IMG/VR virus record: IMGVR_UViG_3300030376_003152
Span: 1-28,996 of that record
Length of the DNA: 28,996 nt
Strand: one strand, 5' to 3'
Origin: a virus
Lineage: Duplodnaviria > Caudoviricetes
The notes under the pieces were generated by a model, which was not told the DNA's origin, did no database searches, and saw only the letters and a program-made list of their open reading frames with translations. The translations under genes were made by a program, and so were the position numbers. Numbering within the stretch: position 1 is the stretch's first letter; each line of letters opens with the position of its first letter. Of the stretch, positions 1 through 8,802 are shown one piece after another.

Positions 1-158
1 CACAAACCTGAACCTGACAATAATCGAGATGCAATATTCCACATTTTACTTTGGTCAGCAGCATTACCAAAAGCAGCAGCCACACCTTCAGTTTGGGATT
101 CAATTAAACCCAAAGCCTTAGCAAGAGTAGTAGTGGATTCATATGCATCTCCCGCCAA
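1..158 (-). CDS. Probable tail tape measure protein, N-terminal fragment (runs off the left edge)
   Basis: Not in the ORF track. TTG at 158 opens a frame (MAGDAYESTTTLAKALGLIESQTEGVAAAFGNAADQSKMWNIASRLLSGSGL) open to the window edge. It is Ala/Gly-rich and lies directly after the frameshifted chaperone pair, the canonical tape measure position. Confidence 0.6.
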   Translation of the reverse strand, partial: MAGDAYESTTTLAKALGLIESQTEGVAAAFGNAADQSKMWNIASRLLSGSGL

Positions 159-161
159 AAC

Positions 162-374
162 TTATCTCCCCATTTTCTTTTGTTCTTTTTCCATTGCTTT
201 CGCTTTCATTTCTTCTACTGTGGTGTGTATTGATATCATCTCCAATATATCTTTCATTGGAGTATGTTTTGCATCATTAGGACTTATACTAAATATTTTA
301 CAATATGTATATAATAAGACACGTAAAGCAATAGAAGGTGTAACTTCTTTCCCTTCTAATGCCTTTCGTATCAA
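162..374 (-). CDS. Tail assembly chaperone, second (gpT-like) frame, probably expressed by -1 frameshift
   Basis: 70-aa ORF in the -1 frame relative to the upstream chaperone, reached from slippery site G GGA AAA; lies between tail tube and putative tape measure. Confidence 0.7.
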   Translation of the reverse strand: MIRKALEGKEVTPSIALRVLLYTYCKIFSISPNDAKHTPMKDILEMISIHTTVEEMKAKAMEKEQKKMGR

Positions 375-739
375 TTTCCTTTTCCCGTATCAGCCTCCGA
401 CATCATATCACTAAATGGGTTTGGTAATACCTCTTTAAGTTGTCCACCAACATAAGGATTTAACTGTAATAGTTCTAAAGCGTTAAGAGAAGGTTCTGTT
501 TTCTCTATAAAATTCTCAACCATAAACCTATACATTTTATTTAAATCTAAGTTCATTGATTGAGTCTGTGAATTTAAATCCATTACAGACGAAAGGGCTT
601 GTTCTACTTGAAGCCAAGTAGGTTCTTTAACCCAAACTTTCATTATTTGTTCAGAGTCAGGACTAACTCTTAATTCATGCATCGTTGTTTCTACTGCCGC
701 AAATAGGGCACTCTTATCATTTACTATTTCTTTATTCAT
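371..739 (-). CDS. Tail assembly chaperone (lambda gpG-like), about 122 aa
   Basis: Follows tail tube; ends in slippery site. ATG at 739 (MNKEIV) with SD-like GGTGGA upstream preferred over the 775 start. Confidence 0.7.
   Translation of the reverse strand: MNKEIVNDKSALFAAVETTMHELRVSPDSEQIMKVWVKEPTWLQVEQALSSVMDLNSQTQSMNLDLNKMYRFMVENFIEKTEPSLNALELLQLNPYVGGQLKEVLPNPFSDMMSEADTGKGN
380..386 (-). other. Programmed -1 ribosomal frameshift slippery heptamer G GGA AAA
   Basis: X XXY YYZ heptamer in the correct codon phase, two sense codons before the TGA of the chaperone; -1 slip gives GKRKLIRKALEG, continuous with ORF 162..374. Confidence 0.75.
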
Positions 740-759
740 TTTCTTTCCACCTAACCATA

Positions 760-828
760 ACCAACAAACAAACAAACGTATTGTTGGTGGAATTTAAAAC
801 ACTAGAATATCTTTTTACTTTGATATTC
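760..828 (-). terminator. Two short inverted repeats after the tail tube gene (possible attenuator or mRNA-stabilising hairpins)
   Basis: GAATATC(805-811)/GATATTC(822-828) and ACCAACAA(760-767)/TTGTTGGT(781-788) around a (CAAA)n run. Confidence 0.3.
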
Positions 829-832
829 CTCC

Positions 833-2359
833 TTAATCAACATTGAATATAGCCCATCTACTTTGTGAAGTACAACTGTGTAGTGTTCTAGGGCTTATTG
901 TAAGTTCAACTTCAACCGGCCCTTTATCATCAGGGTATGGTACAGAAACAGAACGAGTAATATAATCTTTAAATTGTAAGTCTACAAAGTCAGTAGCACT
1001 TCTTTCAAATCTTAGTTTAAGGATATTAGTGTTATCTTCTCCACCTTCTCTCATTAAATCCCAAATCTTTGTATCAGTAATAAGAAGTGTTAAGGATATT
1101 TCATATTGTCTTTGTCCGGCAGTATGGTTAGACATAACTTGATTATTATAGTTACCAATAAATCTTTGACCTACAATGTTATTATTTATTGTTAAACTAC
1201 CTGATTTGACTCTAGCAAAAGTTTGACCATATACTTCAATAGTACCATCATGGAATAAGTATGGTATTTTATTCTCTGAATAGTTTGCAAAAGCCGTTAC
1301 ATCTGTTACTTGTCTTTGTGGTGAATAATTTTGTGGTGCATCAAATGCACTACGAGTTACTAACTCTACTGTATTTTTAACTTCTTGACCTTCTTCAAAT
1401 GTTATATTAAGAGAATTAACTTGACACCCTGTAAAGATTCTAGAGTATACTTCTTCTTCAGGAGTTGCAGATGCTTGTACTGTTTGAACTGAATAGTCTG
1501 CACCGGATTTACCACCTTTTGCATATGCAACATCTAAAGCAAATGAAGGTAATGTTCCGTTATTGTTTTCAGTCATAGTATAAACAAATGGATTACTTGC
1601 ATGTATTAAACCATGAGTACTATCATCAAGAACAACGCCTGTAGGTGTAGGGTCAGGATATGTATGGTGTCCTACACCTGAATCTGTTAATCTTCTAATG
1701 ATTGCACTATTAGTTCCATCTGTATCTATGGTTATTCCCGATGTATCTGTAGTAGTAGGACTAGACATAGTAAAACTCATACTTCCTAATGTATAGTATA
1801 ACCACATTGGATTATTCATTGATACTTCTAAACTTCCACCACTTACTGTTTCACCTTTAGTAAATTGAAATCCTAAATTTCTAGAACCACCTGCAACTAA
1901 ATTTAATTCACCTGTTTCTACTTCTACATTTGGTGGTGAAAATGTATTTACAAGACCTAACCAATTGTCAGATAATATAGTTGTTTTAGAATTAACAGGT
2001 GGCGTAGGAACGGGTGCTCCAAAAGATTGTATTGTCGCTTTAACATCTGTATCTGCACCCATATCCCCTCTTATATCTCCTGTAACTGTTATAGTGCTTA
2101 CAGTATTAGATTCAATAAGATATATGTTCTTTTTAGTGGCATCTGCCGTCAATTCTATTTCTATAAAACAACCAACATATAGATTAGGAACTAAATCTAT
2201 TCCTATATCTCCACCCGCATATCCATCTAATGTAACAGTACTACTATTATTTGTTGTATTAGTAGCAGCAGTTTGCACATCTGCACCTAGATATATACGG
2301 GCTTCCGGTGCTAAACTAGCAGTTACTCCTGCTCCTACAAATATCTCATTACTTACCAT
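833..2359 (-). CDS. Major tail tube protein
   Basis: 508 aa, T/S/G/V beta-rich; tail-tube-like segments (FTGCQVNSLNITF, SGSLTINNN, RQYEISLTL); directly upstream of chaperones. Confidence 0.75.
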   Translation of the reverse strand: MVSNEIFVGAGVTASLAPEARIYLGADVQTAATNTTNNSSTVTLDGYAGGDIGIDLVPNLYVGCFIEIELTADATKKNIYLIESNTVSTITVTGDIRGDMGADTDVKATIQSFGAPVPTPPVNSKTTILSDNWLGLVNTFSPPNVEVETGELNLVAGGSRNLGFQFTKGETVSGGSLEVSMNNPMWLYYTLGSMSFTMSSPTTTDTSGITIDTDGTNSAIIRRLTDSGVGHHTYPDPTPTGVVLDDSTHGLIHASNPFVYTMTENNNGTLPSFALDVAYAKGGKSGADYSVQTVQASATPEEEVYSRIFTGCQVNSLNITFEEGQEVKNTVELVTRSAFDAPQNYSPQRQVTDVTAFANYSENKIPYLFHDGTIEVYGQTFARVKSGSLTINNNIVGQRFIGNYNNQVMSNHTAGQRQYEISLTLLITDTKIWDLMREGGEDNTNILKLRFERSATDFVDLQFKDYITRSVSVPYPDDKGPVEVELTISPRTLHSCTSQSRWAIFNVD

Positions 2360-2369
2360 TTTTTCTCAC

Positions 2370-2918
2370 CTAAACTGTGCTTCGCCCGAACCGCTTAATC
2401 TCTACCGCTAGTTTGTAGCCCAATAACCTTTTGCCCCTATCATTGGCCTCACTTCTACTATTCAATGTAATCAATTCAGCCGAATCTTCTACTGTTCCCG
2501 AAGTTCCGCCTCCTTGATACACGGTAGGGCTACGAGCATTATTCTCTAAAATGTATCGGACTATTCGATAAATACTCTGTAGTCTATCTCTAGAATCAGT
2601 AAGAGAAGAAAAGTCTCTTCTATGTAAAACTCTCATGTGTATTGTCATGTTAAATGTTTCATTTCTAATTACGGTATCAATAGTTGGATTTGTTTGAGAC
2701 ATACCATCTTCAAACACTAAAACAACAGAATGAGAATCTACATCCACTCTTCTTCCTTCATTTGGTTCTAAAGAACGTATATCTAACACTTTAATAGAAG
2801 CACTATTTCCTGTAGAAAGAGGTCTATGGTTTGTTGGTAACTGACTTCCTAAAGAAGTTACTGCTGCATCCCACCTATCAGATAGTAGTCGAATTAGAAA
2901 GGTTACTTCATCCATCAT
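2370..2918 (-). CDS. Putative tail completion/terminator protein
   Basis: 182 aa between adaptor and tail tube; size and alpha/beta pattern fit; positional inference. Confidence 0.5.
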   Translation of the reverse strand: MMDEVTFLIRLLSDRWDAAVTSLGSQLPTNHRPLSTGNSASIKVLDIRSLEPNEGRRVDVDSHSVVLVFEDGMSQTNPTIDTVIRNETFNMTIHMRVLHRRDFSSLTDSRDRLQSIYRIVRYILENNARSPTVYQGGGTSGTVEDSAELITLNSRSEANDRGKRLLGYKLAVEIKRFGRSTV

Positions 2919-3106
2919 AATTTAGCAACCTCTTCTTGTATACTTTTAGCAAATTCTTTATCAAATACACTATGGGCTTCTGCTATAACTGCTTCATCAG
3001 ATAAAGCAAATTCTGCATAAATACTATCTTTTAACATATCATTACGTTCCTGTTGGATTGCAACAATTTTTTTGAATAATTTTGTTACGTCTTTCATACT
3101 AATCAC
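2915..3106 (-). CDS. Hypothetical protein (63 aa, neck region)
   Basis: 4-nt overlaps with both neighbours suggest translational coupling. Confidence 0.55.
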   Translation of the reverse strand: MISMKDVTKLFKKIVAIQQERNDMLKDSIYAEFALSDEAVIAEAHSVFDKEFAKSIQEEVAKL

Positions 3107-4203
3107 GATATAAAATGAACAATGTTTTTCTTCCCATTTAAGATTGCATTTGCTTCCTCTAATAAAATATCGTGTTTAGATTTCAAATCAATATTAGAAC
3201 CTGTTTCAGTAATTAATATTGAATTATCATCATGTCTAATTATTTCAGCCGCTACAATCTTAGTAGCCGCTTCATGAATAGGTGCAGGTACACGACTTTC
3301 ACCTGCTACATATGTTACTTTAATAGAATGGTGTTGATTATGGGGATATTCTTTTCTAAAGAAAATTTTACCATCATCCTTCATCATCCAAAAATCATCA
3401 TTTCTACCCGATGTTTGATTATCAGCAAAAGAAGTTACTGAACCATAAGTAGAAGATAATGTACAATATGTACCATCTTCTCCATCTAATAATGAACTAA
3501 TAATTATTTTTGTCTTATCTTCACTATCTGTTGTTGCATAAAAGAAATCAGAAACATGTACACTTGAAGCACCATCAGCCGTAATAGATTTAGAAGTAGT
3601 TTCTCCTGTAAATTTAGCAGTTTTCATAGGATACACTTCATTAATTGTATCTACAATTTGACTTGCCGTAGTTTTTGGGCCAAAATTATCATAAAAGTGT
3701 CTAATACTATTGTTTGCTAAATTCTTAATATAGAATGTATATGTAGTTGGGTTTCCAACGGTTAGTGTAATTGTCCAATCATTAGTAGTAGCAGAATCAG
3801 GTACTATTAAAGATGCGGAAGCAGAAGCCAAATCTTTCCATGTATCACCTTGATATACTTCTAATCTAACTAATTTTTGAATTTTAGGATAACTTAATTG
3901 AACAAAACCGACATAATCCTTGTAAGCAACAACAGGATATGCATTCCTTCTTTGAGTTTCTAAAGAATGAAATTCATCTCTATAAATAATAGGTCTATAA
4001 GATGATTTAATTGTATCATCTATTTTTTCTTCTGCTCTTTTTATTAGTTTACCTATTTCAGAAAGATTAGGAGTTGTATTTGCACTAAACGAACTTATTT
4101 GTAATAAATTAGAAATATCTGCGTGTGTAGTATAATGACCATTACCTGCTGAATAATCTACATTTATATTTGTAAAATCACTAGGGGATGAAACTTTGCC
4201 CAT
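3103..4203 (-). CDS. Head-tail connector/adaptor (HK97 gp6/SPP1 gp15-like) with large beta-rich insertion
   Basis: N-terminal YTTHADI...LIKRAEEKID and C-terminal IKVTYVAG...VPAPIHEAATKIVA are typical of adaptor proteins; SD GGAGG upstream. Confidence 0.7.
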   Translation of the reverse strand: MGKVSSPSDFTNINVDYSAGNGHYTTHADISNLLQISSFSANTTPNLSEIGKLIKRAEEKIDDTIKSSYRPIIYRDEFHSLETQRRNAYPVVAYKDYVGFVQLSYPKIQKLVRLEVYQGDTWKDLASASASLIVPDSATTNDWTITLTVGNPTTYTFYIKNLANNSIRHFYDNFGPKTTASQIVDTINEVYPMKTAKFTGETTSKSITADGASSVHVSDFFYATTDSEDKTKIIISSLLDGEDGTYCTLSSTYGSVTSFADNQTSGRNDDFWMMKDDGKIFFRKEYPHNQHHSIKVTYVAGESRVPAPIHEAATKIVAAEIIRHDDNSILITETGSNIDLKSKHDILLEEANAILNGKKNIVHFIS

Positions 4204-4204
4204 T

Positions 4205-6070
4205 TTAATTTCCTCCCACCAATGCCTTCAGACTATTATAGCCTCTTTTAATATTTAAAAAATCTTTCTGTACTCTAACAACATCCATATCCATTGAAGT
4301 TGGTTCTTTATTTTTTGTTTGTGGTTTTATTTTAAACTTATAATTTTTAGGTGTAGTATCAAGAAGCATATCCATGTCATAAGTTACATCTGCATATAAT
4401 ATTGGTATTCTACTTTTACCTGCTATAAAACCTGATTTTGATTTACTTTTACTCATCAGGTCTTTAGCATAAATTCTTACTGCATCTATATCTAATTCAC
4501 CTACATTTTCTATGTTTCTATACTCATCTAAAATATCTACTAAAGATATGTCAAGTTTATCACTAAATAGTCTATAATTTGCAACAATACTATCCCAAGT
4601 TTCTTTATCTTCTTCTATTTGTTCTTTATCTGAAACTTCTTCTTCTATAATTCTAAAACCGTGTTTTTCACGTTTTACCTCATTGTCTATTAAAGATTCT
4701 AACAAAGTGTTATCCATTTTAGGAAATTGTTGCATAACTTCAAAAATCATACCTGCTAATTTTTCTACGTTCTTATCTAATTTAACATCTATACCTTCAT
4801 CTAAGTTTAATTTAGAACGAATACTTTCAACCCACTTTTGTTTATCTTTACTTGAACCTTCTTTTGTTTTATTTATTTCTATTTCTAAAGTACCTAATTT
4901 TAATTCTCTTCTTTCTGCACTTAGATATCCGTAAATAATATTTTTTAATGGGTGCTTATCTTGAGACATAATAATTTTTTCTAAATATTTTTCAACTAAT
5001 TTAGGCTTAGTACTTATTTCATCTATAGCATCATATGCATCTTCTAATGTGTCAAATTTTTTACTACCTGTAAGTCCTTCAACAAGAAACATATCCTTTT
5101 CTTTTTCATACTTACCTGCTCCTTTATCGCCAACCAATTTTAGATGTAATAAAGGAATATTATTTCTTGTATCTTTTTCTGAAAAGGTTTTCTTTTTCTT
5201 TCCCTCAAAAAACATTCTTGCTTCATATTGCTCCTCAGATTCATCTTTTTGTTGATTTGGTTTATCAAAATGTTCTAATTTGCTTCCAAGTATTCCACTT
5301 TTAAAAGGAAAATTTTCACTATCAAAAGCACCAAATCCTTCCTTGATAAATACTTCATTTACATATTTTTTAGTATCTAAAGTAATTTTAGCACCACTCA
5401 CTTGTTCCTGAACAACAAAATAATTTTTAATCATCTCATACAATATAGGCTTACCACTATCTATAGCACTCATAAGTGCTCCACTCCCACTTTCTCTTTT
5501 TGGGCCTATCTCTACATCACTGTCTATTTCTTGCCCTCTTTCAATATTATCTACTAATCTCTCTATTGCAGGTTGATTATCTATTTGTGTTAATTTAAAA
5601 TTCTGTAGTTTTTCAGCGTTTAAATTAAGAGGTTCAGTTATAGTAATAGTAACTGTACCATCTGTGTTGTGTTTTGTTTTTTCAGGGAAATATTCGTTTG
5701 TACTTAATGCTTGTATTAAATTAAGCATATCTGTTTTTTCTATCTCTTCTAAATAGTGTGTGAAAAATTTATTTATTTCTCCTTCAGTAATAAGGTCAAT
5801 TAATCCTTCTTCTCTTTCTCTTAATTTCTTAAAATCTTCATTGTCATATTGTAATAATTGAGAAAGTTTAGGTTTAATATCATCCATCTTCTTAGTTCTG
5901 TCTTTTCTAGGTACGGCTCTATAAAATATATAACCTAACATACTTAGAAAAATAGGATTTTTTTTATCACTAACTAAGGCATCAAAACCCTTACTTAATT
6001 CCGTATTATCAAGTATGACATCCTGCTTAGTATTAGGCACTAGGTCAGCAGGAATTGTTATTTCGCCCAT
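4205..6070 (-). CDS. Hypothetical protein, 621 aa, K/E-rich
   Basis: Long ORF co-oriented with the operon; no motif recognised. Confidence 0.7.
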   Translation of the reverse strand: MGEITIPADLVPNTKQDVILDNTELSKGFDALVSDKKNPIFLSMLGYIFYRAVPRKDRTKKMDDIKPKLSQLLQYDNEDFKKLREREEGLIDLITEGEINKFFTHYLEEIEKTDMLNLIQALSTNEYFPEKTKHNTDGTVTITITEPLNLNAEKLQNFKLTQIDNQPAIERLVDNIERGQEIDSDVEIGPKRESGSGALMSAIDSGKPILYEMIKNYFVVQEQVSGAKITLDTKKYVNEVFIKEGFGAFDSENFPFKSGILGSKLEHFDKPNQQKDESEEQYEARMFFEGKKKKTFSEKDTRNNIPLLHLKLVGDKGAGKYEKEKDMFLVEGLTGSKKFDTLEDAYDAIDEISTKPKLVEKYLEKIIMSQDKHPLKNIIYGYLSAERRELKLGTLEIEINKTKEGSSKDKQKWVESIRSKLNLDEGIDVKLDKNVEKLAGMIFEVMQQFPKMDNTLLESLIDNEVKREKHGFRIIEEEVSDKEQIEEDKETWDSIVANYRLFSDKLDISLVDILDEYRNIENVGELDIDAVRIYAKDLMSKSKSKSGFIAGKSRIPILYADVTYDMDMLLDTTPKNYKFKIKPQTKNKEPTSMDMDVVRVQKDFLNIKRGYNSLKALVGGN

Positions 6071-6082
6071 ACATCAAACCAC

Positions 6083-6769
6083 CTATGCAAGCCATTTAGC
6101 CCAAGCAACGCCTTTAGTTATAGCCGCACCTAAACCTAATCCACTTACAGGAGGTGTATATGTCATTTGACCTGTATTAGGGTCTATCCAATATGCATTG
6201 TTCATATTATCGTATCCGGCAGGTGGAACAGGATATCCACTACCATTGTTCATAGCCATTTGTTGTTGCATCATAGTATTATTAATTCCTGTTCCCATAT
6301 TGCCGCCTTGTATGTTTTGTGGGTTCATTCCCATTGAGTTAGCCATTGGCGGTTGTGTAGGTGCTGCTGCTCCACTAAATCCTTGAGACTCTAAATATTG
6401 TGCTTTAGCCATTCTACGTTGCATAATTACTTCTGAATTAATTGCTGAATTTAATAAATTTTGTAAATCTAATTCTATGTTAGCAGCAGTAATTTCTTGA
6501 AAAGTACTTTTAACGTCTGTGTTTAAAACAAGCCCCGCACTTGTTGTAGTAAACTCTAATTGGGCTAACATATCACCAACAACTCTAGCAACAACATCTT
6601 CAATCAATTGTTCCATGCTAGATAAGAATGCTTCTCCATGATATTGAAAGAAATCTTCTACATGATTCTCTTGTAATGTTAATAAATTGTTCATTGTTTT
6701 AAATTGATTTTGTTGACCATTTGATATAGTATTAGCCAATTGTGTGTTGCTTGTTCCGAATAATCCCAT
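6083..6769 (-). CDS. Hypothetical protein: helical N-half, Q/M/P/N/G low-complexity C-half, amphipathic C-terminal helix
   Basis: 228 aa; NTMMQQQMAMNNGSGYPVPPAGY; ends GLGLGAAITKGVAWAKWLA; TAATG overlap with upstream gene. Confidence 0.7.
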   Translation of the reverse strand: MGLFGTSNTQLANTISNGQQNQFKTMNNLLTLQENHVEDFFQYHGEAFLSSMEQLIEDVVARVVGDMLAQLEFTTTSAGLVLNTDVKSTFQEITAANIELDLQNLLNSAINSEVIMQRRMAKAQYLESQGFSGAAAPTQPPMANSMGMNPQNIQGGNMGTGINNTMMQQQMAMNNGSGYPVPPAGYDNMNNAYWIDPNTGQMTYTPPVSGLGLGAAITKGVAWAKWLA

Positions 6770-7455
6770 TAGTTCTCACTCTCCGCCTGTACGCCCTTGC
6801 TTGTAACCTTAACGCCTTCGGTCAATAAGACTTTCACTCTCTTGGTATTAGATTCGTTTTCTATTAACAACCTAAATAACTCTTCTTCTTTACTTTCAAC
6901 AGTTCCTTGAGGAGGTTTAATTGTCCAACCTAATCCCGCAAGTGATTGTATATCTCCTTGTTTTAGACTAGTTAATGGCCCACTAGATAATGGATTTAAA
7001 TTAGGCATTTTTGGAATATAAGCACTGTATGACAACCCATGTTCTTCTGCTAACATTTGTTGTTCTAACATTTCATATTGTCTGTGTATCTGTGCATGTT
7101 TATCACAATAAGTTCCTCTCATTGGATATCCTTTTCTAACTTTATGTAGTGGTAATGGTGGTCTTAAATTATCACTTGCTTCCCAAACCTTTTGAGTTCC
7201 ACAAACAACACATCTGTCTTTCATGTTATATTTGAAACTATATGGAAATTTTAAAAAAGATTTTTTTTCCGGTTTTAATATTTTAATTATTTCTTTCAAT
7301 TGTTTTTTTGGCTTTAAGTTTTTAAATTCGTACAACATTACTGTACCTGCTGCTCTCGCTTGGTCATGCCTATCCATGAAGGCATTTGACGCTACAGTTG
7401 TAGTGGTTGCACCAATTAAATTAGGTGGCTGATAGTTCATCGTCATGGTCTTCAC
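6769..7455 (-). CDS. Zinc-finger protein (CxxC...CxxH) with ArfGAP-like motif
   Basis: RCVVCGTQKVWEASDNL...GTYCDKHAQIHR; directly downstream of GTPase. Zinc ligands seen; GAP identity speculative. Confidence 0.6.
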   Translation of the reverse strand: MKTMTMNYQPPNLIGATTTTVASNAFMDRHDQARAAGTVMLYEFKNLKPKKQLKEIIKILKPEKKSFLKFPYSFKYNMKDRCVVCGTQKVWEASDNLRPPLPLHKVRKGYPMRGTYCDKHAQIHRQYEMLEQQMLAEEHGLSYSAYIPKMPNLNPLSSGPLTSLKQGDIQSLAGLGWTIKPPQGTVESKEEELFRLLIENESNTKRVKVLLTEGVKVTSKGVQAESEN

Positions 7456-7457
7456 AC

Positions 7458-8129
7458 CTAGTAGTCCTTTATCATTGTTAAGATTCCTCTGTATACCATT
7501 GTGGAGTCAGTTTTAGCACTAACAATGTATTTGAAACAAGGTATTCCCTTTTCATTTAACTTTTGCATTCCATTTTTAAATGCCTCAAAAATAGGATGTT
7601 TTTCAATTGGCCCATCATGTTCATATTTGTCTTTCCATAAATCATATTTATTGGCCCATATACCTACTGCAATAGGATAATCGTGGTCTTTTTTCTTTTT
7701 TAATTTATTATTAACATTCCAATGAGGTGAACAAATACTATCTACTAAGAATGTCCAACATAATTGTTGTTCGATATCATAATGTTTATTCATGTGCCTA
7801 TCATCAATTAAAAAAATAATGTATTTTACTCTACGTTCTTTCATATCTTTTATCCATTCTGTCCAATAAATAGTTTGTCCACCGATATCGGCAGTTTTTA
7901 CAGTATGAGCATTACCATCTAATTTTATATATTTTCTAGATGCCCTTTCTAATCCTACTGTTCTTTCCATAATATCGGGTACTTCGCCTCTTGTTCTCAA
8001 TTGGTGGTGTAAGGTGGTCTTCCCTGCTTTACTCGCACCATATACACCAAAGGGTATTGAATGTAATCTTTGATATATTTTATTCAATCCCTCAACCATT
8101 AATATGGCGAATCCCGCCATTACTGACAC
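7458..8129 (-). CDS. Ras-superfamily small GTPase, Arf/Sar1-like
   Basis: All five G motifs: G1 GASKAGKTT, G2 RTVG, G3 DIGGQ, G4 WANKYD, G5 VSAK; N-terminal hydrophobic/amphipathic helix. Confidence 0.9.
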   Translation of the reverse strand: MSVMAGFAILMVEGLNKIYQRLHSIPFGVYGASKAGKTTLHHQLRTRGEVPDIMERTVGLERASRKYIKLDGNAHTVKTADIGGQTIYWTEWIKDMKERRVKYIIFLIDDRHMNKHYDIEQQLCWTFLVDSICSPHWNVNNKLKKKKDHDYPIAVGIWANKYDLWKDKYEHDGPIEKHPIFEAFKNGMQKLNEKGIPCFKYIVSAKTDSTMVYRGILTMIKDY

Positions 8130-8133
8130 AATA

Positions 8134-8358
8134 TCACCACAAATGATTCCAAAAGTCTACCAATCCATTCCACAATATTGAGATTGTATTGACCCCAAAT
8201 ATTGCTAATGTTTGACCTATAAAGAAACAAGCAATGGAACTTATAATACCCCATATCCAAAACCTTGCTCTAAGAAACCAAATATCAGCAGAATGTGCTC
8301 TTTGCAAATCATAAGCCATAGCGGTTTCATCAAAACCCATTAGGATTTCTCCAACCAT
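8134..8358 (-). CDS. Small membrane protein (74 aa)
   Basis: Hydrophobic segment FWIWGIISSIACFFIGQTLAIFGV and Trp-rich amphipathic tail; SD GAGGTGA upstream. Confidence 0.75.
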   Translation of the reverse strand: MVGEILMGFDETAMAYDLQRAHSADIWFLRARFWIWGIISSIACFFIGQTLAIFGVNTISILWNGLVDFWNHLW

Positions 8359-8371
8359 TATTTCACCTCAA

Positions 8372-8797
8372 TCATTGTTCCAATGTTAAAAAGGAAGGAC
8401 TTACACCTTCTGTATTGCTCTTAATTACGGGTAAATTATTATCACCATAAACGTTAGTAGGGGATTGTACTTGGTTATTCCATGTCTGTTGGAAATTTCT
8501 AAAAGACTCTCTAACTCTTTTACGGTTCTCTTCTTCTCTTGCTCTACGACTCCAATAAGCATCAATGCGTCTTTGTAATAATGTTTCTTCGATATAATCA
8601 TTAGCAATTAAATCAAATACTGCTTTCATTATCATAATTCCACCTATTGTAGATATACCAAACAATACTGCGTGTGCTTCAACAGTATAAGGAAAACCTA
8701 CACCATATTGGGCATAGAAGTAAACGTTTACTCCACTAACTGCACCAACAAAAAGAATAGTCATTACTAATCTTGTATCTGTATCTATGCTTGGCAT
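8372..8797 (-). CDS. Membrane protein with two TM helices and a charged coiled-coil tail
   Basis: TM-like LVMTILFVGAVSGVNVYFYA and AVLFGISTIGGIMIMKAVF, then RRAREEENRKRVRE; ATG at 8797 (MPSIDT) preferred over 8812. Confidence 0.75.
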   Translation of the reverse strand: MPSIDTDTRLVMTILFVGAVSGVNVYFYAQYGVGFPYTVEAHAVLFGISTIGGIMIMKAVFDLIANDYIEETLLQRRIDAYWSRRAREEENRKRVRESFRNFQQTWNNQVQSPTNVYGDNNLPVIKSNTEGVSPSFLTLEQ

Positions 8798-8802
8798 TGT
8801 AA

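Noticed and set aside
740-775. N-terminal extension MFVCWLWLGGKK of the chaperone ORF
   Set aside because: Derived from the hairpin/SD region; ATG 739 has the SD and is the likelier start
833-2359. Contractile tail sheath call for the 508-aa protein
   Set aside because: Beta-rich, directly followed by chaperones with no separate tube gene; fits a non-contractile tail tube with extra domains
8425-8607. Alternative-frame 60-aa minus ORF inside the 2-TM gene (spanin-like nested gene?)
   Set aside because: No lipobox, TM segment or clear SD; short overlaps occur by chance
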